Source: Planctomycetota bacterium
GTDB lineage: Bacteria > Planctomycetota > SZUA-567 > H5-PLA8
Assembly (NCBI GenBank): GCA_038227875.1
Contig: JBBRPR010000041.1
Span: 1-64,000 of the forward strand
DNA: 64,000 bases
Reading direction: 5' to 3'
The notes beneath the pieces are model-generated. The model searched no databases. It saw only the letters and a list, made by a program, of their open reading frames with translations, and was not told the DNA's origin. Positions 9,452 to 19,159 of this stretch are shown here, one piece after another. The position numbers and the translations under genes are program-made. Position 1 is the first letter of the stretch, and every line of letters starts with the position of its first letter.

Positions 9452-10174
9452 ATGAAAGTACTTCAGGAATTCACGAGCGAGCCGCACACCTGCCACTATC
9501 TTTCCGATCGGCAGGCGATGTTGCATTATTCGTTTGTGCCGGAAATGTCGCCTCAAGAATACGAAGACCTGATGAACAACGGCCATCGCAAGTTCGGGCC
9601 GATTGTGTTCCGGCCGGTCTGTTCGGCATGCACGCAATGCCGCGCGGTACGGGTGCCGGTCGCGGAGTTTCAGCCCAACCGCAGTCAGAAGCGGGCGTGG
9701 AAGCGCAACCAGGATCTGGAAGTGCGCTACGCGCCGGCGAGCATGGACGTGGCGCGGCTGGATCTGTATTCGCGCTACCACCGGTTTCAGAACGAGCGCA
9801 AGGGTTGGGAGGCGGCGGATAGCAATCCGGAGGAGTACGCGCTCTCGTACGTGAAAAACCCGATCCCGAACGTGGAGATTTCCGTCTGGGAAAAGAGCGT
9901 GCTGCGCGGGATCATTCACAACGACATCACACCGAACACGGTCTCAGCAATTTATCATTTTCACGATCCGGACTGTAATGATCGCAGTTTGGGAACGTAT
10001 CTAATTCTACAAGCCTTTGAACTCGCGCGGGTACTGCAGAAAAGGTGGGTCTACCTGGGATACTACGTGGCCAAGTGTGGCAGTCTTTCCTACAAGACAA
10101 ACTACCGGCCGAGCGAAATTTTAGAGGAAGATTTGACCTGGCAGCCCTATGAGGCTCACACCGAACGCGGCTGA
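9452..10174 (+). CDS. ate: Arginyl-tRNA-protein transferase family (bacterial Asp/Glu leucyltransferase, Ate/Bpt)
   Basis: HTCHYL, G.RKFG..FRPVC..C..C, SQKR, SAIY.F.DPD...RSLGT, YLGY. Confidence 0.9.
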   Translation: MKVLQEFTSEPHTCHYLSDRQAMLHYSFVPEMSPQEYEDLMNNGHRKFGPIVFRPVCSACTQCRAVRVPVAEFQPNRSQKRAWKRNQDLEVRYAPASMDVARLDLYSRYHRFQNERKGWEAADSNPEEYALSYVKNPIPNVEISVWEKSVLRGIIHNDITPNTVSAIYHFHDPDCNDRSLGTYLILQAFELARVLQKRWVYLGYYVAKCGSLSYKTNYRPSEILEEDLTWQPYEAHTERG

Positions 10175-10318
10175 ATACACTAAATTCTTGCAAATTGTCT
10201 CAACAAAACTTGAAAAAACAGCCTTGTATGAACGGAAGTAGTTGTCACGCGTTGTGAAGAGCGATATTTTGCGGGGTGATTAGTGGCGGCCGCTGTGGAT
10301 CGACATCGGGAGGTCAAC

Positions 10319-13231
10319 GTGGCTGCGGGCGAGGCGGAGACATCCAATCAGTCCGCTCGTTCCACGGCCATCAAACGGCTCGGTGGGTTTGAGCTGGTCT
10401 CGAAGGTCGGTCAGGGCGGAATGGGCTCAGTCTTTAAAGCCCGCCAGATTTCGCTCGACCGCATCGTCGCGGTAAAAGTCCTGCCCCCCAGCATCGCGCA
10501 GAACGATCCGGTCTTCATCGAAAATTTCATCCGCGAAGCGCGCACGTCGGCGAAGCTCAACCATCCCAACGTGGTGCAGGGCATTGAAGTCGGCCAGGAC
10601 GAAGCGACGAAGCTGTATTTCTTCGCGATGGAATTCGTCGACGGCCCAAGTCTCAAAGTGCTCCTGAAGCACGAAAAAGTGATCGCCGAAAAGCGCGCGC
10701 TGGAAATCATCTGGGCGGTGGCGCAGGCGGTGCTGTGCGCGCAGCGGGCGGGGATTGTTCACCGCGACATCAAGCCCGACAACATTTTGCTCACGACCAA
10801 AGGCGAAGTGAAACTGGCCGACCTGGGCCTGGCGCTGGGCAATGCCGAATCGGATGCCGATGACAGTGGCGAATCGAAGCGCTCCAAATCGCAGTCGAGC
10901 GCCGGTAACGACGGCGTGAAAAAGGGCAACGTCATCGGCACCCCGATGTATATGGCCCCCGAGCAGATCCGCGGCGAAACGGAACGCTTTGACGTACGCA
11001 CGGATTTGTATGCGCTGGGCGCGACATTCTTTCACATTGTCACCGGCAGGCCGCCGTATCCGGGCGACAAGTCGGCGACGATCATGAATCTGCATCTCAC
11101 CGCGCCGGTGCCCAATCCGCGGGAACTGAATCCGGAAGTGAGCGTGCCGACCGCGTCGATCATCATGAAATTGCTGCAGAAGGATCCGGCGAAACGCTAC
11201 CAGTCGGCCGGCGATCTGGCGGCGGCGCTGAACGCGGTGATGCGCGGCGAGCGCGTCCCCGGCGACAAGACCACTGCGCGGCGCACGCCGGTGAAGGCGA
11301 TGGCGCCGGTGCCCGAAGTCACGCCGACGCCCAAGGCGCCGACCTCGCGGCTGGTTCCGGCGATTGCCAGCGCGCTGCTGGTGGTCGCGGTGGTGGGAAT
11401 TTTAATTTTCAAGAGCAGCCAGGGCGGCACGGCGGTCGGGATGAAAGAGAAACTGCCGTCCCAGGCGCCGGTAGCACCGATTGAAAGCCCAGAAAAGAAG
11501 AGCGCCGACAATCAGGAGACGCAAGTAAAGGTGGCGGTTCCGGAGGCGACCGAGAACAAGAAGGACTCCGTCGTTCCTGTTTCCCCGGCCAAGACTGAAG
11601 TGACCAAGGTTGATGGACCGAAGGATCTGGCCAACCCGGAGAAGTCGACGATCCCGATTGGCGTGCCGGCGACGCCGAAAGATCAGCCGATCGCGGTTGT
11701 ACCGCCGTCAGCTCAGCCGCAGCCTCCCGCTCCGGGCCCAGCGCCGACGGAGAAAAAGGAGCCGCCGCTGGAGGAAGTGGTGCTGGCTCAGATCAAGGAT
11801 CCGCTCGACAAGCTCGACCTGATCGCGTCGCACGCCAAGTTGAAGGAATTCGCCGCGGAGAAAAAACTGGAGCCGGCGAAAGCCGCCGCCGCGGAGCTGG
11901 TGCTCGACGGTGCGATCGAAGCGCGCGCCAAGGCGCTCGAAGCAACGGTGCAGGACCTGCTTGCGCAGAGCAAGCTCGACGAAGCGCAACAGAAACTCGA
12001 TGGGGCCAAGTTTGCAGAGGGCAATACTTCAGCCGGCGAAACCGCGGCCAAGGCGCTGGTCGCTCGCCTGCGGGATACGCTGGCGACGGACAAAGCACTG
12101 CAAGCCATGCGCGCAGGCATGCGGCAGCTCAGCGAAGTGGATACAGTGCTGCTGGGCGTTTCCGCGGCGCTGGACGCGGGGCACTACGACCAGGCGGCGA
12201 AGTGGCTTGAAGAGGCGATTGCGCAACCGAACTTTGCGCCGAGCGTGGACTTCTTCAAAAACGAACGGCGACTGGTCGACTGGCATGTGGAACTGCAGAA
12301 GGCGATCGAAGCCGGAGCCGCGTTGCTCGCCGACAACCGGCCGTTCGCGCTGACCTTGGCCGACGGGCGCACGGTCCGCATCGGCAAGATGACGGATCTG
12401 AAGTTGATCAACGTGGCCGAAGGCGTGATGAACCTGGAGCAGCGCCTGGACCGCGGCGTGGCCAAGCGTCCAGTGAAGCTCGACACGCTCTCCCGCGAAA
12501 CGCGTTACGACCTGTCGCTGCTGGTGAATCCCGACGACAAGGCGTCCGTCGCGAACCTGCGGCTGAAGTGGGCGTACGCCGATCTGAGCACAATGACAGC
12601 GATCACGTCCAAGAGCTCCGCGGTGCTGGAACGCGCGGAGAAACTGATCGCCGACGCGGCCTCGCTGGGCGCGGCGCCGGCGGATGTCGCGGCGATTCAG
12701 CCGTGGCTTTCGCGCGCGCAGACCCGCGTGCGGCTGCCGCAACGCAGTTCCAAGGGCGGCAAGAATCTGCTGCTGCCGTTCCTGCCGTTTGTGAACGTGG
12801 TTTCAGTGGGCGGCGTGCCCGGGCGCTGCAAGATCGCAATCAATGGCCGCCCGCTTCTGGAAGCCACGGGCGATCATCGCGGATTGAACGTCGTCGCGAT
12901 CGTCAACGACCGCGTGGCGTTGCGCGATACGTACGACACGTCGGTGGAACCGGCTGCATCGAAGCGATTTGCCGACGCCATCGGCGCTCTGCCGAAAGGC
13001 GCGCTGGTGCTGGTGACGGTGTGCGACGACGCGAGCAAGAATTTTGAAGACACCGCCTATGCGACGCTGCGTTCGCTGGGTGCGCGTGTGGCGTTGCAAG
13101 GCAAGCCGTTTCACTTCTCCTATTACTGCATCGGCATGACGGGACTCGACGAAGGCTTCGCGCTGGAAGAAATGGGCGCAGGGCCGCTGGAGTACCCGAA
13201 GCCCGGTGCTGCGGCTGCGCCCAAGAAGTAA
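10319..13231 (+). CDS. Membrane Ser/Thr protein kinase with C-terminal ILEI/FAM3 (GG-type lectin) domain
   Basis: Kinase motifs GQGGMG, HRDIKPDN, GTPMYMAPE; TM helix; Pro-rich linker; C-terminal RGLNVV...YDT...GALVLVTVCDDAS...LRSLGA...SYYCIG; RBS GGGAGG before GTG 10319. Confidence 0.88.
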   Translation: MAAGEAETSNQSARSTAIKRLGGFELVSKVGQGGMGSVFKARQISLDRIVAVKVLPPSIAQNDPVFIENFIREARTSAKLNHPNVVQGIEVGQDEATKLYFFAMEFVDGPSLKVLLKHEKVIAEKRALEIIWAVAQAVLCAQRAGIVHRDIKPDNILLTTKGEVKLADLGLALGNAESDADDSGESKRSKSQSSAGNDGVKKGNVIGTPMYMAPEQIRGETERFDVRTDLYALGATFFHIVTGRPPYPGDKSATIMNLHLTAPVPNPRELNPEVSVPTASIIMKLLQKDPAKRYQSAGDLAAALNAVMRGERVPGDKTTARRTPVKAMAPVPEVTPTPKAPTSRLVPAIASALLVVAVVGILIFKSSQGGTAVGMKEKLPSQAPVAPIESPEKKSADNQETQVKVAVPEATENKKDSVVPVSPAKTEVTKVDGPKDLANPEKSTIPIGVPATPKDQPIAVVPPSAQPQPPAPGPAPTEKKEPPLEEVVLAQIKDPLDKLDLIASHAKLKEFAAEKKLEPAKAAAAELVLDGAIEARAKALEATVQDLLAQSKLDEAQQKLDGAKFAEGNTSAGETAAKALVARLRDTLATDKALQAMRAGMRQLSEVDTVLLGVSAALDAGHYDQAAKWLEEAIAQPNFAPSVDFFKNERRLVDWHVELQKAIEAGAALLADNRPFALTLADGRTVRIGKMTDLKLINVAEGVMNLEQRLDRGVAKRPVKLDTLSRETRYDLSLLVNPDDKASVANLRLKWAYADLSTMTAITSKSSAVLERAEKLIADAASLGAAPADVAAIQPWLSRAQTRVRLPQRSSKGGKNLLLPFLPFVNVVSVGGVPGRCKIAINGRPLLEATGDHRGLNVVAIVNDRVALRDTYDTSVEPAASKRFADAIGALPKGALVLVTVCDDASKNFEDTAYATLRSLGARVALQGKPFHFSYYCIGMTGLDEGFALEEMGAGPLEYPKPGAAAAPKK

Positions 13232-13238
13232 ACGCACG

Positions 13239-13721
13239 TCAATCTTTAAGCACGTCTTTAGGCTGGCGGAGCCAGACGAGTTTCATGCCGCCGAAGGCGA
13301 ACGTGCCGGTGAGCAGCGCCACGCCGGCGCGCTTGAAGCTGTAGTCGGCGTTGTGATTGCCGACCAGTTCTCCGACGATGCGCCCGCAATCCGGTTCGTG
13401 GCCGGTCCAGATCAGGCGTTCGGGCAGCGGGGTTTTGCCGACGGCTTTGAGCACGGTCTCGAGATCAGCGCCGCAGGCGAGGGCGGGGATGAGATGGGGC
13501 TTGAGTTTCAGTACACTGCCGACAATTTCGGCCGTCTGCAGCGCGCGGGTGAGCGGGCTGCTCCAGAGCGCATCGGCAGCGAGGTCGCCGGACTTGGCGA
13601 GCACCTCGACGATCTCGCGCGTGCGTTCTTCACCTTCGCGGGTCAGCGGCCGGGTGTTATCGCTGCCGCTCCAATCGCAGGCTTCGACCGCAATGCCATG
13701 GCGCATGATATAAAGGTGCAT
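13239..13721 (-). CDS. sixA: Phosphohistidine phosphatase SixA family
   Basis: LYIMRHG, RPLT..G, SSPLTRALQTA, GHEP. Confidence 0.88.
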   Translation of the reverse strand: MHLYIMRHGIAVEACDWSGSDNTRPLTREGEERTREIVEVLAKSGDLAADALWSSPLTRALQTAEIVGSVLKLKPHLIPALACGADLETVLKAVGKTPLPERLIWTGHEPDCGRIVGELVGNHNADYSFKRAGVALLTGTFAFGGMKLVWLRQPKDVLKD

Positions 13722-13815
13722 CAAAAGGTTCCTCAACACGTCTAAAAGAGCGCCTGACCAGCGCCTGATTCACGGTTATAATCGCAGCAGGTATTCCGAG
13801 GAAAGTGGATTGTCG

Positions 13816-15330
13816 ATGCGCGTCGCCACTCTGTGTATTCTGATCGTGTTCTGCGGCGCTGCCGTCGTGCGCGCGGAATCGGCGCCGCCGAAACCGAAAA
13901 TCAATCCGCTGGCTGAGAAATTGAAGTCGGCGAAGTTCGATGACGTGGATGCGGCGGTAGCTGAACTCATTGCCGGAAAGGATCCGGACGCCGCGACCCT
14001 GCTGGGAAATCTCTACGGCGCCGGCGATGCGCAGCGGCGACTGCTGGCCATCCGCGGCCTGGCGCGGCTGGCGCCGCCGAAAGTGGAAGAGCCGCTTTTC
14101 CGCGTCGCGCTGAGCGAATTGTTTCAGGCCATTCGTCTCGCGGCCGTGGATGCCCTGGCCAAAGTGGAGACGCGCGACAAGGCCACGGCGCGTTTCATTC
14201 AGGCCACGCACGACGACAAGCTGCTTCCGCTGGAACGTTACCGCGCACTGATTGCTGTCGCGCGGCTGGGCGGCAAAGGTGCGGCGGCGTGTTTGAAGGA
14301 GTGGCTGACGAGCAAGGAAATGGACCTGGCCGTCGCCGCCGCCGATGGCTTGGCGCAGTTGGGCGACACGGCCAACGCGGAGACGCTGATTCAGGCGCTC
14401 TCCACGTCTGAACCGGAATTGAAACCGGCGGTGCGCGAGGCCGTCGAGAAATTGACCGGGCAGAAATTCGGCTTCGATCTGCTGAAGTGGCAGGGCTGGC
14501 TGACGCAGCAGCGCGAACTGGCGAAGGCCGACGAAGACGCGCCGGTGGCGGACATCGGCCCGCGGCAGAGCGTTGAGTACGACCCGTACGTCGCGCCGAT
14601 ACAGACGACGCCGATCGATCTGGTCATCGTCTACGACACGACCGGGAGCATGGTTCACGTCTGGCCGGACCTCTTGAAAAAAGCGCTCGGCCTGGTCATT
14701 CAGGATTTGATGAAAAACACGCCCTCGTTGCGCGTGGGGACCATCAAGTTCCGCGCCTCGGACCCGCGCCGGACGCTGACGTACATGATCAATCCCAAAC
14801 CGCTGACCCGCGATTTCGAGACGCTCTACAAGGACATGAAGTTCACCGGGTTTGGCGGCGGTTCCGGCGGATTGGACCTGGGCATCAAGTACGCGATGAA
14901 TGCGATGGGCTGGCGAGCGGGTGCGCGGAAAGTGATTGTCGTCGTCGGCGACTGCTCTCCCGACAACGACTTGAACGTCTGCGCGCGCATGATCGCCGAG
15001 GGCTGGCAGATGGACGGCATTATCGTAAACACGATTTACATTCAGACGGGACACGGCCCCGAACACAGGCCGGTCTTTCGCGGACTGGCGGACGCAGGCG
15101 TTGGCCATGCGTACGAATACAACGGGACATGGCAGCACCTGGTGGAAATGAGCGTCGACAAGCCGGACGTGACGGTAGTTGAGGAGCCTGGTGAGACCGG
15201 AAAAAAGCTCTGCTCGCCGCGGCCCAAAACCAAGGCCGAAATTGCCGCACAGATTCCAGCCATGGATAGCAAACCCAATCTGCCGCCCAAGACCAAACCC
15301 AGCGCCGACGATGAAAATCAAAATCCCTGA
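13816..15330 (+). CDS. Secreted HEAT-repeat + VWA domain protein
   Basis: Signal peptide; HEAT-like repeats ending LTGQKFGFD..KW..W; MIDAS-like VYDTTGSM; WRAGARKVIVVVGD. Confidence 0.8.
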   Translation: MRVATLCILIVFCGAAVVRAESAPPKPKINPLAEKLKSAKFDDVDAAVAELIAGKDPDAATLLGNLYGAGDAQRRLLAIRGLARLAPPKVEEPLFRVALSELFQAIRLAAVDALAKVETRDKATARFIQATHDDKLLPLERYRALIAVARLGGKGAAACLKEWLTSKEMDLAVAAADGLAQLGDTANAETLIQALSTSEPELKPAVREAVEKLTGQKFGFDLLKWQGWLTQQRELAKADEDAPVADIGPRQSVEYDPYVAPIQTTPIDLVIVYDTTGSMVHVWPDLLKKALGLVIQDLMKNTPSLRVGTIKFRASDPRRTLTYMINPKPLTRDFETLYKDMKFTGFGGGSGGLDLGIKYAMNAMGWRAGARKVIVVVGDCSPDNDLNVCARMIAEGWQMDGIIVNTIYIQTGHGPEHRPVFRGLADAGVGHAYEYNGTWQHLVEMSVDKPDVTVVEEPGETGKKLCSPRPKTKAEIAAQIPAMDSKPNLPPKTKPSADDENQNP

Positions 15331-15606
15331 CGTGTCGCAGTAACGCTCAAACGAAAAATTTTGCCGACGCAGAAACCGCAGCTGTCGCAATCGGACGTAT
15401 GTCCGACGTTCGCGCTACAGCCGTCTTGAATCTTAGAAAACTATCGGAAATAGTGACAGAAATTGTTCGACCTGCCCTCAAAGAATCCTTAACACACTGA
15501 AAGATTTACCCGCGTGCGCCATGGCATTGACTTTGCGAATATAGGCATTTTGAACACGGTGTCAGTATTTTGAATGTCACAATTGCGAAAATGGCAGGAG
15601 GATCCT

Positions 15607-17973
15607 GTGGACACATCATCTCCTTACGGAAGTCGCTTGAGGGCTTTCCGCGGACTGGTGCTTTTTGCCTTGTTCGTTTCGCCGCTGGCCGTATCAGCCG
15701 CCCAGTCCCGCATCAGCATTCAAAGTCCAGCCGGAGGCGAAACGTTTATTGAAGGACAATCGCAACTCGTGCGCGTGGCATCGCGATTGAAGTCTGTGAA
15801 AGTGGAATTGAGCCGAGACGGCGGGCAAGCCTTCGAAACTCTGGGCACCATCGATGCGATGTCGAAAGACTTGAGCCTTCGCACCGCGCTGAAGTGGACG
15901 GTCTCGCTTCCTGCATCGACGACCTGTGTGATTCGCGTGAGCAGCGGGGTGTTCTCGGCGACGTCGGGAATGTTCTCGATTGCGCCCCGCAATGCTGCCT
16001 CGCAGCCGCCCAACATTGGCACGCCGGGAGTGAATTCCGTAACGACCACCTCGCTTGCCGATGGTTCGGTGACGACGTCGAAGCTTGCCGACAACGCGGT
16101 GACCTCGCAGAAAATCAGCAGTGGCCAGTCGTCGGCGAGTTTCGTGCTGACGGCCGATGGCAGCGGGGGTTCGTACTGGCAACCGCTGACCGGTGGCGGC
16201 GGTGCGAGCGGAAACGCGGGCGGCGATTTGAGCGGTTCGTATCCCAGTCCGACGATTGCGGCGAACGCAGTGACGACGGCGAAAATTGCGAATGGGAATG
16301 TGACCGGAGCGAAACTCGCCGCCGGTTCCGTGGACCTCACGGGCACTGCACTTACCGGCGTGCTGCCGATTGCTTCCGGCGGGACCGGGCAGAGCAGCGC
16401 CAGTGCGGCGTTCAATGCGCTCGCGCCGACTCAGACGGGTAACGCCGGAAAGTTCTTGTCGACGAATGGCGCGACGACGTCCTGGGTCTCCAGCGTGACA
16501 TCACCGGCGGGCGCGGACAAGCAGGTCCAGTTCAACGACAATGGTGTGTTCGGCGCCGACACCTCGTTCTCCTACGATAAAGTGGCCAAAGCGCTCACGC
16601 TTTCCGGTTCGGGCGGCCCGGCGTTGATGCTCAGTGGCGCGCCCGCCGCCAGCAGCGCGCTGCTGCAACTGGGCGCGCCGGTTGTGAGTGGCTCGGCTAA
16701 CGGCACGTATTTCGGGCTCAATACTGCCGCCGGTTACACGGGGAATCTGATCGATCTGCAATCGGGCGACGTCAGCATGTTCAGCCTCGATGCCAGCGGC
16801 AACGCCGGCCTGCGCGGCAACCTCGCCTTTACGACGCCGGACCGGACCATCACCAGCACTCAGGGACTGACGCTGGAAGAAACCGGCGATACGTACGGAA
16901 CCGTTCGGCTGCACATGCAGAACCGTAACGGCGTCAATGGCGCGATGTTTGAGCAGGCGGGCAGCGTCGATCTGGTCGACTTCGTATTCAAGGGGCTGAA
17001 CAACCAGCGCAACATCCGCTTCGAAAACCGGAGCGCGGACACGTTTGTCGCTGCACCCGAGTTTGAATTTGGAGCGGCTGCCGATCCGACGTTTGTGGTC
17101 GCCGATAACGCGTCGAGTTTCCGCAAAGGCAATGTTGGCATCGGCACCACCAGTCCGACGTCGAAGCTAACCGTCAATGACCAGAATGGCGGCGCGATTG
17201 TGGCGCAGTTTCAAAGTGGTGACGGCACGATCAACATTCAAGACATCAGCGGACCGTTTTACGAAAGCGATTCGGGCTTGTTCTTCGATTATCCGGGCAT
17301 GGGGAAATCGGCGCTGTTTACGGAGTACGGCGGCATCAGCATCGCCATGGCGCTGAATTCCCCGGAGATGATGTACAACCGCGATCAAAACCGCTCCGGC
17401 GGCGTGCTGCGCCTGACCAGCACCGACACGGTCTCGCCGGGCAGCGCGGATGAAATCTACGGGCACTCCTTTTATATCAAGCGCTACCCTCGCGGATCCA
17501 GCACCGGCATCAACGACTTCACCGTGAATCTGGACAATGGCGACACTTATATTGCACCCAATGGCGGAAAGGTGGGAATCGGCACGACGGCGCCGGGCAA
17601 CAATGTGGGCCTTGCACTGAAGGACGGTCATCTCCAGATTCAACAATCGTCCGCGCCGACTATCAATGCTGAAGCAGGAGCGGGCACTTCCGCATCCGCC
17701 TCGGTCAGCAATGCGACCGACGTGGCGGGGAACGCGGCGCTCACCACGGGTTCGGCGGGGTATGCCGCGGGCGCGCAGGTGACAGTGAACTTCGCCAAGG
17801 CTTACACTGTTGCGCCGATTGTGATGCTGACACCAACCAACGCCAACGCTGCTAACGGAGCTCGGCAGGTGTACGTGGTGCCGACGACGACGGGTTTCAC
17901 GATCAACTTTGGATCCGCCGATTCCGCGGCGACCAATTATTCGTGGAGCTACCAGGTGATCGAGACCCAGTAA
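15607..17973 (+). CDS. Secreted Ser/Thr/Gly-rich fibre/adhesin with phage-tail-fibre-like repeats
   Basis: RBS CAGGAG + GTG; signal peptide; SPAGGE Ig-like N-domain; VTTxKxA repeats; GGDLSGSYP, LPIASGGTG, QVQFND.G.F, two GxVGIGTT.P motifs. Confidence 0.75.
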   Translation: MDTSSPYGSRLRAFRGLVLFALFVSPLAVSAAQSRISIQSPAGGETFIEGQSQLVRVASRLKSVKVELSRDGGQAFETLGTIDAMSKDLSLRTALKWTVSLPASTTCVIRVSSGVFSATSGMFSIAPRNAASQPPNIGTPGVNSVTTTSLADGSVTTSKLADNAVTSQKISSGQSSASFVLTADGSGGSYWQPLTGGGGASGNAGGDLSGSYPSPTIAANAVTTAKIANGNVTGAKLAAGSVDLTGTALTGVLPIASGGTGQSSASAAFNALAPTQTGNAGKFLSTNGATTSWVSSVTSPAGADKQVQFNDNGVFGADTSFSYDKVAKALTLSGSGGPALMLSGAPAASSALLQLGAPVVSGSANGTYFGLNTAAGYTGNLIDLQSGDVSMFSLDASGNAGLRGNLAFTTPDRTITSTQGLTLEETGDTYGTVRLHMQNRNGVNGAMFEQAGSVDLVDFVFKGLNNQRNIRFENRSADTFVAAPEFEFGAAADPTFVVADNASSFRKGNVGIGTTSPTSKLTVNDQNGGAIVAQFQSGDGTINIQDISGPFYESDSGLFFDYPGMGKSALFTEYGGISIAMALNSPEMMYNRDQNRSGGVLRLTSTDTVSPGSADEIYGHSFYIKRYPRGSSTGINDFTVNLDNGDTYIAPNGGKVGIGTTAPGNNVGLALKDGHLQIQQSSAPTINAEAGAGTSASASVSNATDVAGNAALTTGSAGYAAGAQVTVNFAKAYTVAPIVMLTPTNANAANGARQVYVVPTTTGFTINFGSADSAATNYSWSYQVIETQ

Positions 17974-17986
17974 CGATCCGTCACGA

Positions 17987-18757
17987 TCAGGCTTTGACGC
18001 CGACGTAAAGATGTACAACGCCGAAGGTCATCGGCACGGCGCGGACATCGCTCAGGCCCAGCGCGCGCATGCGGCCGGTCATCTCCTCAGGTCCAGCGAA
18101 GGCCTGCACCGATTGCGGCAGATATTTGTACGCGTCTCCGGCGGTGGCGGCGATCAGGCGGCCGAAGAGCGGCAGCACATGACGGAAGTAGAACATGTAC
18201 GCCGGGCCAAAAATCCAGCCGGACGGTTTGGTGAATTCCAATACCAGCACTTTGCCGCCGGGGCGCACGACGCGGATCATTTCGCGCAGGCCGCGGTCGA
18301 GATCTGACACGTTGCGGATGCCAAACCCGACGCTCGCCGCCGCGACACTGTTATCGCGCAAGGGGAGTGAGAGCGAATCGCCGATGCCGAAAGTGATGTT
18401 GGCGAGTTTCTTGCGCGCGGCTTTGGGCGGTCCGAAGGCGACCATCTGCGGCGTGAAGTCGAGCGCCACGATGCGCGCCTCGGGCGCTGCCTTTTTAAGC
18501 ATGATCGCCAGGTCGCCGGTACCGGTGCAGAGGTCCGCGAGGGTATCGGCGGCGGTGCAATGCTTGACTTCCCGCGCGGCGACGGCGCGCCAATGGATGT
18601 CCAACCCCAGCGACAGAAAGTGATTGAGAAAATCGTAGCGCTGCGCGACCCGCGAAAACATTTCCCGGACTTCCGCGCCGGATTTGCCACCCGCGTTTTT
18701 GGCGGAAGCCGGAGCGGGCTCGGGATTCACCGCATCGGGTAGGGCGTGCGTGGTCAT
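17987..18757 (-). CDS. ubiE: Ubiquinone/menaquinone C-methyltransferase
   Basis: MFSRVAQRYDFLNHFLSLG, DLCTGTGD, FGIRNV, LEF, AYKYLPQS. Confidence 0.92.
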   Translation of the reverse strand: MTTHALPDAVNPEPAPASAKNAGGKSGAEVREMFSRVAQRYDFLNHFLSLGLDIHWRAVAAREVKHCTAADTLADLCTGTGDLAIMLKKAAPEARIVALDFTPQMVAFGPPKAARKKLANITFGIGDSLSLPLRDNSVAAASVGFGIRNVSDLDRGLREMIRVVRPGGKVLVLEFTKPSGWIFGPAYMFYFRHVLPLFGRLIAATAGDAYKYLPQSVQAFAGPEEMTGRMRALGLSDVRAVPMTFGVVHLYVGVKA

Positions 18758-18788
18758 GGGGATGACTATAGCGTTGGAAGTGGAGAAG

Positions 18789-18822
18789 TTCATTTTCCAA
18801 TTTCCATTTTCCAATTTTCATT
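18789..18822. repeat. Heptamer tandem repeat CA(T/A)TTTC, about 5 units
   Basis: ttcattttccaatttccattttccaattttcatt upstream of ubiE. Confidence 0.75.
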
Positions 18823-18840
18823 GGGCCGCTGCCGAGGGGG

Positions 18841-18922
18841 TACTTGGGATCAAATGTGATCCCAGGTGACCCCGTGACGATATCGAGTCATTTTGACCTT
18901 TGTGCCCAAAGGCACAAAGGTC
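18841..18922. repeat. Array of three ~28-bp variable-core palindromes at 27-bp period
   Basis: TACTTGGGATCAAATGTGATCCCAGGTG; GACCCCGTGACGATATCG.. (right half degenerate); GACCTTTGTGCCCAAAGGCACAAAGGTC. Confidence 0.7.
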
Positions 18923-19159
18923 GAACTCGCATCGGACGAAACTGCCGCCGTGGAGCCCGGTCGATAAGCGAAATGGGCGAACATTGAGATCGCCTTTCGG
19001 GGAAATTTTGAACAGATGCAAACTCAAGTGTTGATTCGGATTATGTATGACATATAAATTTAAAGCGTAGGGCTGCTTTCCCGATTCGCTTCTTTTTATC
19101 ATTATCTTGGCCGGATGCGCCGCGCTGTGGGGACTAGTTAATAGGAGGCCTTCAAGACG

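Noticed and set aside
13657..15390. 577-aa minus-strand ORF, and similar long antisense ORFs at 36828, 59542 and 27630
   Set aside because: Each lies opposite a well-supported gene and has Arg-rich, motif-free composition.
15331..15606. Riboswitch upstream of the fibre gene
   Set aside because: Only a dyad (TCGGACGTATGTCCGA, 15391-15406) is visible; no riboswitch consensus recognised. An Rfam scan would be needed.
15607..17973. Prophage
   Set aside because: The tail-fibre-like gene has a signal peptide and no neighbouring phage genes.
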